From contig JAYPJE010000005.1 of NCBI GenBank assembly GCA_038128265.1, positions 23,489 through 87,488 on the forward strand: a DNA stretch of 64,000 bases. The letters are read 5' to 3'. The notes under the pieces are model-generated. The model was not told the DNA's origin. It worked only from the letters and a program-made list of their open reading frames with translations, and did no database searches. The stretch's first letter is position 1. Each line of letters opens with the position of its first letter. Positions 44,858 through 53,931 of this stretch are shown here, piece after piece. This DNA is from Gemmatimonadota bacterium (GTDB lineage: Bacteria > Latescibacterota > UBA2968 > UBA8231). A program made the position numbers and the translations under genes.

Positions 44858-46639
44858 ATGGAGTGGCATACACACCAGGATCAGCGCCCCAGCGCCAACG
44901 GGCTCTTCGCCATCATTGGCGTGCTATTCTTCGTATTGGCGTTGCGCCTGTTCTATCTGCAGGTCACGACGTCGGCTGACTACGAGCGGGAGTCGGAGGC
45001 AAACCGCATCGCTCAGAAGCGCGTAAAAGCTCCGCGGGGTCTTATCGTCGATCGCCTGGGACGCACTTTGGTGCGCAACCGCCCGTTCTATACCGTATCA
45101 CTGGTCCGCACATCGCGCAAAGAGTACGATGCCGCGCGCCAGGCATTTGTAAACGCGGTGGGCGATACGGCCATCGACGGTGCCTACAGCAGGAGATATC
45201 GCACGATTCGCCTCAAACGCGACGTCGATTTTCGCACGGTGTCCATCGTCGAAGAACGACTCCGGGCCGACTGGCCCATGTTGGATATAGAAATAGAAGC
45301 GCAGCGCCACTACCCCTACCGCACGAGCGCGGCCCACCTGCTGGGATATATGGGCATTATTCGCGACGAAGATCGCCGTGGACCGTCTGGCAAGGCGTAT
45401 ATGGCGGGGGATTTTATTGGCAAAACGGGCCTGGAAAAGGTGTTCGAAGACGACCTGCGCGGCCGGGACGGCGTGCGCTACTACGAGGTAGATGCCGGCG
45501 GACGCACGCGCCGCGAGTTCCCAGAGCGAGACCAGCTCGCCGAATCGGGCAAAGAGCTGCAGTTGACGATCGACATCGATTTGCAGCAAGCCGCCGAGCG
45601 CGCCCTACCCGACAGTTTGGCAGGTGCCGCAGTGGCCTTGGACGTGCATACAGGCGCGGTCTTAGCCCTGGCCAACAAGCCCACCTTCGATCCCAACATC
45701 TTCGTTTCGTTTCAGGCACAGCAGGAGCGCCAGCAGGTTTTGCAAAGCGAAACAACGCTGCTCAACCGCGCCATACGCGGGCGCTATCCCCCCGGCTCGA
45801 CGCTAAAGATGATCGGTGCAATCGCCGCTCTTGAGACGGGCATCACAGACACCCTAAGCACGTTCGCGGCCTGCGTTGGATCGCTTCAGGTCGGCGATGT
45901 GGTATTTCGCTGCAACAACCGCAGCGGCCACGGCGAGCTCAATATGCTCGAGGCTATAGAAACTTCCTGCAACACTTACTTTCACCACCTAGCGCAGCTA
46001 ATGGGAATAGAAACCTGGAGGTCGTATGCCGAGGAGTTTGGCTTTGGCAATGCCACCGGCCTGCAGTTCGAACCCGAAGAGTTTGCCGGACTCCTACCGT
46101 CGCGCCAGTACTATCAGGAACGCGACGGATGGACGCTGGGCCACCTACTCAATCTGATTATTGGCCAAGGAGCCATGCTCGTCACGCCGCTGCAGATGGC
46201 TCGCTATACGGCTGCCATCGCCAACGGCGGCTTTCTCGTGACGCCTTTTTTGAGCGGGTCGCCGCCGCCGCTCCAGCGCATTGCCGGCTCCTCTGAAGCC
46301 ACGCTGGATATCGTTCGCAAATCGATGCACCGCGTTGTCTATGGTCCCCACGGAACGGGATGGCGCCTGCAGCTAGAAGGTCTCGAAGTAGCCGGCAAGA
46401 GCGGCACGGCTCAGGTCCCCAACAGGGAAAACGACAACAACGACGCATGGTTTGTCGCCTTTGCGCCCTACGATGATCCAGCCATCGCCATCGCCGTCGT
46501 CGTAGAAGGAGGCGGAGGGGGCGGCACGGCGGCCGCGCCTGTCGCCCGCGAAATCATCAAGGCCTACCACGACCGCACTACTGCGGCGCTGCAATCGCCG
46601 CCCTTGCTGCACGCGGACGCACGCATACAACCGAGATAA
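44858..46639 (+). CDS. mrdA: Penicillin-binding protein 2
   Basis: RLFYLQV, APRGLI.DR, PPGSTLK (SxxK), SCN (SxN), GKSGTAQ (KTG-type). Confidence 0.95.
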   Translation: MEWHTHQDQRPSANGLFAIIGVLFFVLALRLFYLQVTTSADYERESEANRIAQKRVKAPRGLIVDRLGRTLVRNRPFYTVSLVRTSRKEYDAARQAFVNAVGDTAIDGAYSRRYRTIRLKRDVDFRTVSIVEERLRADWPMLDIEIEAQRHYPYRTSAAHLLGYMGIIRDEDRRGPSGKAYMAGDFIGKTGLEKVFEDDLRGRDGVRYYEVDAGGRTRREFPERDQLAESGKELQLTIDIDLQQAAERALPDSLAGAAVALDVHTGAVLALANKPTFDPNIFVSFQAQQERQQVLQSETTLLNRAIRGRYPPGSTLKMIGAIAALETGITDTLSTFAACVGSLQVGDVVFRCNNRSGHGELNMLEAIETSCNTYFHHLAQLMGIETWRSYAEEFGFGNATGLQFEPEEFAGLLPSRQYYQERDGWTLGHLLNLIIGQGAMLVTPLQMARYTAAIANGGFLVTPFLSGSPPPLQRIAGSSEATLDIVRKSMHRVVYGPHGTGWRLQLEGLEVAGKSGTAQVPNRENDNNDAWFVAFAPYDDPAIAIAVVVEGGGGGGTAAAPVAREIIKAYHDRTTAALQSPPLLHADARIQPR

Positions 46640-46642
46640 TCC

Positions 46643-47884
46643 ATGCAACTCGTGCGCGATATTGACTATCTGCTTTTGGCCTCGACTGTAATCACGGTAT
46701 TGCTCGGCGTGACCATGATCTATAGTGCGGCCTACTACAGCGACTCCCAAGTCGTCCAGATGGCCTGGTCAAAACAGGCGCGCTATGCCGCTGTAGCGCT
46801 CTTTGCATGTCTGGCCGTTGTCTACGTTCCCAACAAGGCGATTTACGGCCTGGCCTATCCCCTATTCGCCCTCGGCTTGCTCAGTCTCTTGGCCGTATTA
46901 GCCTGGGGCACGGGCGACGATGCCGCGCGCTGGCTCAGCATCGGCCCAGCGCGCTTGCAGCCATCTGAATTTGCCAAGATTGCAACGATCATCGCCCTGG
47001 CGCGCTACCTGAGCGACTGCACCCCCGAACAGGTCAATCGGGCCGGCGGCGTTCTCGCCTCCTTTGCTCTGTGCACGGTGCCCATGGCGCTCATCGTGCG
47101 GCAGCCCGACCTTGGGACCGCCATTTCCTTTGGCGCCCCCCTCTTTCCCATGCTCTATTGGGCCGGCATGCGCAGAGTCTTCATCTTTTTTATTCTTTCG
47201 CCTCTCATAAGCGTCGCATTTTCCTTCGAGCCGCTGTGGCAGGGTGCAGCCCCCTATCTTTTTGGCGCGTTCATCATCGGCAGCGGCATTGCCATCCATC
47301 TCCTGCTAGGACGCCTGCTGTTCACCATCACCATGGTCCTCACCAACCTGTCCGCAGGGCTGATTACCGTGTATCTGTGGGATCATTTTCTGCGCCAATA
47401 CCAAAAAGATCGCATCATGACGTTCTTGGATCCCGAAAGCGATCGCCTTGGAACCGGCTGGAATATCATTCAATCAAAAATAGCCATTGGCTCGGGTGGC
47501 CTAACGGGGGCCGGCTTTCTCGAAGGAACGCAGACCAAATACGAATTTCTTCCCGCCGCCCATACGGATTTTATCTTTTCCGTCATCGGCGAAGAGCTAG
47601 GCTTTATCGGTGCACTGGGGGCGTTGGCTCTCTTTTTCTTTCTCATTGCGCGCGCGCTCTACATCGGCACCATCGCCAAAAACCGCTTCTACAGCCTAAT
47701 CGCCATCGGCTTGGCCGCAATGCTAGCGTTTCACGTCTTTGTCAACGTGGGCATGACCATTGGCGTCATGCCCGTCACGGGGCTGCCGCTGCCTTTCCTA
47801 AGCTCGGGCGGCTCGTCGCTCTTGGCCAATATGCTGGCCATCGGACTGCTAATGCACATTTACGCCAATCGCCACGAATACTGA
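46643..47884 (+). CDS. rodA: Rod shape-determining SEDS protein RodA
   Basis: QPSEFAK, QPDLGT, QSKIAIGSGG, HTDFIFSVIGEELG, GLPLPFLSSGGS. Confidence 0.95.
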   Translation: MQLVRDIDYLLLASTVITVLLGVTMIYSAAYYSDSQVVQMAWSKQARYAAVALFACLAVVYVPNKAIYGLAYPLFALGLLSLLAVLAWGTGDDAARWLSIGPARLQPSEFAKIATIIALARYLSDCTPEQVNRAGGVLASFALCTVPMALIVRQPDLGTAISFGAPLFPMLYWAGMRRVFIFFILSPLISVAFSFEPLWQGAAPYLFGAFIIGSGIAIHLLLGRLLFTITMVLTNLSAGLITVYLWDHFLRQYQKDRIMTFLDPESDRLGTGWNIIQSKIAIGSGGLTGAGFLEGTQTKYEFLPAAHTDFIFSVIGEELGFIGALGALALFFFLIARALYIGTIAKNRFYSLIAIGLAAMLAFHVFVNVGMTIGVMPVTGLPLPFLSSGGSSLLANMLAIGLLMHIYANRHEY

Positions 47885-48948
47885 TGATCCGTTCGCTCTT
47901 TTGCTGTGCGCTTATCGCGGCCTTCGTAATCGATAACCCCCACTGCGGACGCTACGAAATCAACCGGTCTCAGCTGGCGGCTATGTATCTGGAGAGCGGC
48001 AACTACGACCGAGCGCTGCGCGAAGGGCAAAGAGCGCTGCGCGAAGATGGAGAAAGCGCGCAGCGCCGCCTTCTCGTAGCACTGGCGCACATGGGACGCG
48101 GAGAGCACGGACAGGCGCTGGAGGTGCTGATCGATGCTATCGAACGCGCGCCCGATAGCGAGGAACTCTACAGCGCGCTGCGTTCTCTGTGCCGAGAGGG
48201 CGCACTGTACGAACGGGCTGGTATCGCCCTACGCGCACTGCGCGCAGAGATGCCGCCCAACGCCGAGCTCTTGGCCACCCTCGCCTGGATTGAATCCCGC
48301 CTAGACCACAGCGAGCGCGCAGCAGCCCTGCTCGATTCGGCTATCGAAGTGGATTCAGACCACTTATTTACGCGAATTGAGCGCAGCCAGTTGGCGATTG
48401 AAAGCGGCGATTTCCTCCGCGCCGAGAGCGAACTCCAGGCCGCGCTGCGCCTAGAGCCCAACGAACCACGCCTGTTGCTGACCTTGGGCGAGGTACAGCT
48501 GCGCCAAGACCGCTTCTCTGCGGCCGACAGCTCTTTCCGCGGTGCGATGCGGGGCGAGTGGAAGGCCAATGTCGCCGCGCATATCGCCCAGCTCTACGCC
48601 GAGGAAGACCTGCCCGTGAGAGCGATTGAATACTACGAACGGGCCATTGCACGCGATCCGGAGGACGCTTCGTCACTCAACAACCTGGCCTGGACCTATG
48701 CGGAAGAGGGCATTCTCTTAGAGCATGCTACCAACCTATCTCTGCGCTCGCTCCAGATAGACGGGGAAAACCCCATCTACCTGGATACCTATGCTGAGCT
48801 GCTCTACCTGCAGGGACGCCATGTGCGCGCATTCGCCGTTATACGGCGGGCGCTTGAATTGGAAGAGCAGGACAGCGAGCACTGGACGTACCTGCGCGCG
48901 CAGTACGATAAGATGCAGAGCGCGCTCAGCCCGCGCGCCCGCCTTTGA
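47884..48948 (+). CDS. Tetratricopeptide repeat protein
   Basis: Signal peptide-like N-terminus; TPRs, LNNLAWTYAE, YLDTYAELLY. Confidence 0.82.
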   Translation: MIRSLFCCALIAAFVIDNPHCGRYEINRSQLAAMYLESGNYDRALREGQRALREDGESAQRRLLVALAHMGRGEHGQALEVLIDAIERAPDSEELYSALRSLCREGALYERAGIALRALRAEMPPNAELLATLAWIESRLDHSERAAALLDSAIEVDSDHLFTRIERSQLAIESGDFLRAESELQAALRLEPNEPRLLLTLGEVQLRQDRFSAADSSFRGAMRGEWKANVAAHIAQLYAEEDLPVRAIEYYERAIARDPEDASSLNNLAWTYAEEGILLEHATNLSLRSLQIDGENPIYLDTYAELLYLQGRHVRAFAVIRRALELEEQDSEHWTYLRAQYDKMQSALSPRARL

Positions 48949-49998
48949 TCAGCCGCATCGGCGGTATTGATTGTATTCGATTCCCAAACTATCCAATTTG
49001 ATATAGAGGTTCTTGCGCGACATGCCAATGGCCTCCGCCACCTGGGCAATAACTCCGTTGTGCCGGCGCAGAGCCTCGCACAGAAAGCGCCGTTCAAACA
49101 CAAAGCGCGCCTCCTTAAAATCAAGCGACCCCAGCACAGCCGTCTCTTCCTCTGTGCGCCAGTGAATAATCTCAGCGGGCACATCTTCGCGCACCATATA
49201 ATCGCGCTGGGTCAGCACGACCATGCGCTCAACTACATTCTCCAACTGGCGCACATTGCCCGGCCACGGGTAGTCGCAAAGAAGGTGCATAGCGTCTTCT
49301 TCCAAACCGAGCACACCGCGCCCGTTGCGGCGATTGGACAAGCCCACAAAGTGCTCTACCAATAGGGGAATATCGGCCGCGCGCTCCCGCAGCGCAGGCA
49401 ATCTGACTGGAACGACATTGAGGCGGTAGAGCAGGTCTTCGCGAAACCGGCCCTCGCTCACCTCCTGCCGTAAGTCGACATTCGTAGCGGCCAAAATGCG
49501 CACGTCCACGCGAATCGACTGCGCTCCACCGACGCGCTCGAACTCGCGCTCCTGCAGCACGCGCAGCAGGCGCAGCTGCACGGCCGGCGCCGCGGCGCCA
49601 ATTTCGTCCAAGAAGAGGGTTCCGCCATGCGCCTGTTCAAACCGTCCTAGGCGCTGCGCGGTCGCACCGGTAAAGGCGCCCTTTTCGTGGCCAAATAACT
49701 CGCTTTCGAGCAGACCGTCGGGCAGCGCAGCGCAGTTCACACCGATAAATGCTCCCTGCTGACGCAGGCTCTGCGCGTGGATCCAACGGGCACAAACCTC
49801 CTTGCCCGTCCCGCTTTCGCCTTCGATAAGGACCGTTGCATTTGAGTGGGCCACCCGTTCAAGCACCTTCAACAGATTGCACATCCCACGTGAACCGGCC
49901 ACAAAAGGCATCTTCCTCACAGGCCGTTTCGAGCTTTGCACCGCGCGATCAAAACGCTGTTCATTCTTTTGCGTCGAAGCACTTTGACGTAGCAACAT
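48949..49998 (-). CDS. Sigma-54-dependent transcriptional activator (AAA+ and Fis HTH) lacking an N-terminal sensory domain
   Basis: GESGTGKE Walker [32 protein letters not shown]-terminal HTH; RBS AAGGAGG; only ~30 aa precede the AAA+ domain. Confidence 0.93.
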   Translation of the reverse strand: MLLRQSASTQKNEQRFDRAVQSSKRPVRKMPFVAGSRGMCNLLKVLERVAHSNATVLIEGESGTGKEVCARWIHAQSLRQQGAFIGVNCAALPDGLLESELFGHEKGAFTGATAQRLGRFEQAHGGTLFLDEIGAAAPAVQLRLLRVLQEREFERVGGAQSIRVDVRILAATNVDLRQEVSEGRFREDLLYRLNVVPVRLPALRERAADIPLLVEHFVGLSNRRNGRGVLGLEEDAMHLLCDYPWPGNVRQLENVVERMVVLTQRDYMVREDVPAEIIHWRTEEETAVLGSLDFKEARFVFERRFLCEALRRHNGVIAQVAEAIGMSRKNLYIKLDSLGIEYNQYRRCG

Positions 49999-50008
49999 AT
50001 ATCCTCCT

Positions 50009-50032
50009 TATTCGTTTATGCATAAACGAATA
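50009..50032. promoter_or_regulatory. Perfect 24-bp palindrome, candidate operator
   Basis: TATTCGTTTATG|CATAAACGAATA adjoining the RBS of the sigma-54 activator gene. Confidence 0.6.
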
Positions 50033-50070
50033 CAAACAAAAAGGCCGAAAATCAAGTTTTTTTAAGAGGA

Positions 50071-50865
50071 CTACGTTGCGGAAAGAAGGGCGGAGGAGCG
50101 AAGTTCGGCTACTTCCCCGGCCAAACTCGTATAATTTTCGGCACCGGAAGAAGCAGGATCATAAGATAGGATAGACTGACCAAAGCTAGGCGCTTCAGCC
50201 AAGCTGATATTGCGCTTGATAATGGTTTCATACACGAGGTCGCCAAAGTGGTTGCGCGCCTCGCTAACAACGCGCCGGCCCAGCTGCAGGCGCTCGTCGT
50301 AAAGGGTCAGGAGCACCCCTTCAATATGCAAATCTGGATTAATGTGGCGCTTGACCAGGCGCACCGTGTGCAGCAACTTGCTCACCCCCTCCAGCGCATA
50401 GTATTCACACTGCACGGGAATGAGCACGGAGTTGGCCGCCCCCAAGGCATTCAGCGTAAGCAGACTGAGGGATGGCGGGCAGTCAATAAGGATGTAGTCA
50501 AATCCATCTGCAACGGAATCCAAAGCCTGCATCAGCTTTTTCTCGCGGCCGACAACCGCGGCCATTTCCACTTCGGCACCGGCCAAGCGAATATGAGATG
50601 GCAGCAAATAAAACTGATGAAATAGATCGATATCGATGGATCGAATAGCAGAGAGAGCGTCTATCTGGCCGAGTAAAACCTCATAGACTGATCCGTTGAG
50701 GCTGTCGGCGGCAGCACCACACCCGCTGGTAGCATTGGCCTGGGGATCGAGGTCGACCAGGAGCGTTTTATACCCCTTGGCCGCCAGACATGCGGCTAAA
50801 TTGACGGCCGTCGTGGTTTTACCCACGCCGCCCTTCTGATTGGCAACGGCGATGATAGTGCCCAA
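50071..50865 (-). CDS. ParA/Soj family ATPase
   Basis: [10 protein letters not shown] deviant Walker [39 protein letters not shown] start at 50865 inferred. Confidence 0.93.
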   Translation of the reverse strand: MGTIIAVANQKGGVGKTTTAVNLAACLAAKGYKTLLVDLDPQANATSGCGAAADSLNGSVYEVLLGQIDALSAIRSIDIDLFHQFYLLPSHIRLAGAEVEMAAVVGREKKLMQALDSVADGFDYILIDCPPSLSLLTLNALGAANSVLIPVQCEYYALEGVSKLLHTVRLVKRHINPDLHIEGVLLTLYDERLQLGRRVVSEARNHFGDLVYETIIKRNISLAEAPSFGQSILSYDPASSGAENYTSLAGEVAELRSSALLSAT

Positions 50866-50970
50866 AAGGCGCCCGCTTGGAAAAAAGTAGACCTCACCAC
50901 AGCGCACAGCTGCGTTGGCATTCTACTTTAGGCAATGCAACCCATCTGAAACAAACGTTCAGCCAGCGCA

Positions 50971-51086
50971 AAGCCCCAATGATAAATGGTAATGCAGGCC
51001 TAGTCGAATGGATAATAAGGGAGGAGAAACGCTATCTATTCGACGTTATCGGGGAGATAAAAAAGGCCATTATCACCGCCTCGGAC
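50971..51086 (-). ncRNA. Putative structured sRNA or leader with C-rich (anti-SD-like) loops
   Basis: Three-way junction; loops UCCCC and UUUCUCCUCCC; starts just downstream of the promoter at 51090-51118. Confidence 0.5.
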
Positions 51087-51089
51087 ATC

Positions 51090-51118
51090 AATATAAAGCA
51101 CCCCTACAAAGCCGTCAA
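51090..51118 (-). promoter_or_regulatory. Sigma70 promoter with AT-rich upstream tract
   Basis: Minus strand TTGACG-N17-TATATT; very AT-rich 51121-51185 lies upstream. Confidence 0.7.
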
Positions 51119-51452
51119 GAGTTTATAAAGATCTCGTTCTAAAATAAAATTATATTTTTTATAGTTTTGTTTTTTAATAACTTACGCCTATCCCGTAGAA
51201 AGAGAGGCCAAGAACATACCCAGCGAAATGCCCGACGTCACAAAAATAAAAACACCGACGCCCGCCCATCGCCGTTCGGCCAACCCACCGCCTTCCGCAG
51301 CTGCCATTTCACAACTCCTTGTTTTTAAAGACTCGTTCTATATATCGACACGGCAGAGGTATTTATTACCCCTTTATTATGCGGCCCGGCAGAAGCTGCC
51401 TCCATCGGGCCATGGTTCGGCATCCAATCGGCGAATGGGCAAAAAATGTACC

Positions 51453-51482
51453 AAAAAAAATGCGAGGCTCTGTGCCTCGCAT
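51453..51482 (-). terminator. Intrinsic terminator after the sigma factor gene
   Basis: Minus strand ATGCGAGGC-ACAGA-GCCTCGCAT followed by a T run. Confidence 0.9.
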
Positions 51483-51515
51483 CTTCTCTAATCCAAGTAC
51501 CCTGTCGACTCGTCG

Positions 51516-52412
51516 TCACATTTGGATATGCGTGCGCAGCCGCGCGTGAAAGCGCGGATGGCGCAGCTTGTTAAGCGCAATTTCCTTGATCTGGCGCACG
51601 CGCTCGCGCGTCAGCTTAAAGCGATGGCCAATCTGATCGAGCGTCAACGGCTGCTCGCCGTCCAACCCAAAATAGAGGCGCAGCACGTCAGCCTCGCGCG
51701 CGTTGAGCCCGCCTAGCGCCGTGTCGATATCGTCTTTTAGCGCGTAGGAGAGCACTTCTTCCTCTGGCGAAAGCTGCTGTTCGTCGCTAATGCAGTCGAG
51801 AAGACTGCGCCCTTCGCCCTCTTCAAAAGGGGCATCTAGGGAGCTGATGGGCTGGCTGTCGGCCATGGTTCGCTCAATTTTTTCCGCCGTATAGCCCAGG
51901 GACTCAGCCACCTTATCCACGGTAGCGATCTCACCTGTTCGCTGCAGTTCCTCGTATGCACGCGCAATCTTTGCCTGCAGGTCGCGACGGTTGACCGGCA
52001 TGCGCACCGTCGACTGCTCCATAAGCGCCTGCAGTATGGCCTGCCGCACCCACCAAACGCCGTAGGATATAAACTTGTATCCTCTAGTCTCATCAAAGCG
52101 TTCGGCCGCCGTAATCAAACCGACGTTCCCAGCGCTAATCAGCTCGGTCAGGCTCATACCGCGGTTCTGGTATTCCTTAGCAATGGAAACGACAAAGCGC
52201 AAATTGGCCTCAACCAACGCGTTGCGGGCCTCGTCGTCGCCGGCGCGAATGCGGGCTGCCAGTTCGCCTTCCCTGCGCGCAGAGAGCGGGGTCGAAGCGG
52301 CTATATCCTCCAGGTAGCTAGCCAGCGTTGGATCGCCTTCTGTGCGGCGCGACGCGCGCAACCGCCCAGCGACCTTCGCTTTCTGTTTTGGCCCAACGAG
52401 TGGCGTCGACAT
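51516..52412 (-). CDS. RNA polymerase sigma factor, RpoD/SigA family (short, no region 1.1)
   Basis: YLEDI (1.2), LVEANLRFVVSIAK, AAERFDETRGYKFISYGVWWVRQAI, TLDQIG..F.LTRERVRQI. Confidence 0.93.
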   Translation of the reverse strand: MSTPLVGPKQKAKVAGRLRASRRTEGDPTLASYLEDIAASTPLSARREGELAARIRAGDDEARNALVEANLRFVVSIAKEYQNRGMSLTELISAGNVGLITAAERFDETRGYKFISYGVWWVRQAILQALMEQSTVRMPVNRRDLQAKIARAYEELQRTGEIATVDKVAESLGYTAEKIERTMADSQPISSLDAPFEEGEGRSLLDCISDEQQLSPEEEVLSYALKDDIDTALGGLNAREADVLRLYFGLDGEQPLTLDQIGHRFKLTRERVRQIKEIALNKLRHPRFHARLRTHIQM

Positions 52413-52671
52413 ATCCCGTTTTGCTCCATAATGCGGTCGTTCTCTATGACAATTCGCAACGGCCTGGAGTTCCCCAGCACGCGATGGACACCCTGTGCAC
52501 CAGACCGCCCGCTGGACACAATCCCACCGCATAACAGGCGCGCTTTCGCGGCGCCCCATTTTGCACGTCTTGTATATATCGGCAGCAAATCGCAGATATC
52601 CTCATTATGGGCCAACAATTCTTCACTATATTTTTCTCGGATATCCAATCTAAACACCATGTTGGAGTAAT

Positions 52672-53037
52672 ATGGACGACAGCACAGCTACCGTAGACCA
52701 GCTCAAAAGCGCGGTTCGCCAGTTTGTAGACGAGCGCGACTGGCGACAGTTTCACTCACCCAAAGACCTGGCCATCGGACTTTCTATTGAAGCGGCGGAA
52801 GTGTTGGAACACTTCCGCTTTCGCAGCGACGAACAAATTGACGCACTGCTAAACACGCCCCGCAGCCGCCAGGCCATCGGCCACGAACTGGCGGATGTGC
52901 TCTACTTTGTCCTTCTTATGTGCGAGCAATTTGACATGGATGCCGCTGGGCTTTTAGAGGAAAAAATGGCGATTTCGGCGAGCCGATATCCCGTTGAAAA
53001 AGCGCGCGGGCGCAACGAAAAATACACCGATTTATAG
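52672..53037 (+). CDS. MazG-like nucleotide pyrophosphohydrolase (dCTPase/RS21-C6 type)
   Basis: ERDWRQFHSPKDLA, EAAEVLE, ELADV, RYPVEKARG. Confidence 0.9.
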   Translation: MDDSTATVDQLKSAVRQFVDERDWRQFHSPKDLAIGLSIEAAEVLEHFRFRSDEQIDALLNTPRSRQAIGHELADVLYFVLLMCEQFDMDAAGLLEEKMAISASRYPVEKARGRNEKYTDL

Positions 53038-53047
53038 AGAGGACCGC

Positions 53048-53842
53048 ATGGTAGATACGGCCAATTTCGCCCGGCTGATAGATGTAATGGAGCGCCTGCG
53101 TGCGCCCGATGGCTGTCCCTGGGACCGCGAACAAACGCACGCCACGCTAAAGCCCTACATGGTGGAGGAAACCTACGAGGCACTAGAAGCCATTGATGGC
53201 GGCGATGACAGGGCATTGTGCAGCGAATTGGGCGACGTGCTGCTACAGGTCGTCTTCCACGCCCAAATCGCCAGCGAACAGGCGCGCTTCACAATCGAAG
53301 ACGTCGCCGGTGCCATCGTAGAAAAGCTGGTGCGCCGCCACCCGCACGTATTTGCCGACGTGCAGGTCGACAGCGCGGAGCAGGTCGTCGACAATTGGGA
53401 GGAAATAAAAAAACAGGAGCGGCGCGATCAGGGGCAGCAGCTCCCTTCGCATTTGGACGGGATCCCCCAGAGCCTGCCGGCGTTGATGCGCGCCCAGCGC
53501 GTGCAGTCGCGCGCCGCACGCCAGGGCTTCGACTGGCCGCACATCGACGGAGCCCTCGACAAAGTGGAAGAAGAATTCGCCGAGCTGCGACAGGCCCACG
53601 GCGCCCAATCGGCCGATGCCGTAGAAGACGAGTTCGGCGACCTGCTCTTCGCCATGGTCAACACGGCGCGTTTCTTGCAGATCAGCCCGGAAGAGGCACT
53701 GCGGCGTTCCACAGGCAAATTCGAACGGCGCTTCCGCGCCATTGAACGCGCCCTGCACGAGCGCGGCCAGGCCATGCGCGACGCGTCGCTGGAGGAGTTA
53801 GACGCTCTATGGGACGCGGAGAAACAGCGCGACGCCCCCTAG
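53048..53842 (+). CDS. mazG: Nucleoside triphosphate pyrophosphohydrolase MazG
   Basis: LRAPDGCPWDREQT, EETYE, ELGDVLLQVVFH, RRHPHVF, GFDW, EFGDLLF. Confidence 0.95.
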   Translation: MVDTANFARLIDVMERLRAPDGCPWDREQTHATLKPYMVEETYEALEAIDGGDDRALCSELGDVLLQVVFHAQIASEQARFTIEDVAGAIVEKLVRRHPHVFADVQVDSAEQVVDNWEEIKKQERRDQGQQLPSHLDGIPQSLPALMRAQRVQSRAARQGFDWPHIDGALDKVEEEFAELRQAHGAQSADAVEDEFGDLLFAMVNTARFLQISPEEALRRSTGKFERRFRAIERALHERGQAMRDASLEELDALWDAEKQRDAP

Positions 53843-53931
53843 ACGATGAGGCTTCACTGCGCGCTGGGGCGGACTTTGGGCCGAGCGATGCGACGACCCG
53901 TATTTAGCCAAGGCGCACGATTCGACCCGGT

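Noticed and set aside
47071..47883. N-terminal 271 aa of the 625-aa ORF 47071..48948
   Set aside because: It overlaps rodA in another frame; the real TPR gene most likely starts at ATG 47884, overlapping the rodA stop.
50908..51515. Replication origin (AT-rich region next to parA)
   Set aside because: No TTATCCACA-type DnaA box cluster seen and no dnaA, dnaN, gidA or parB adjacent; the features fit a promoter plus structured RNA better.
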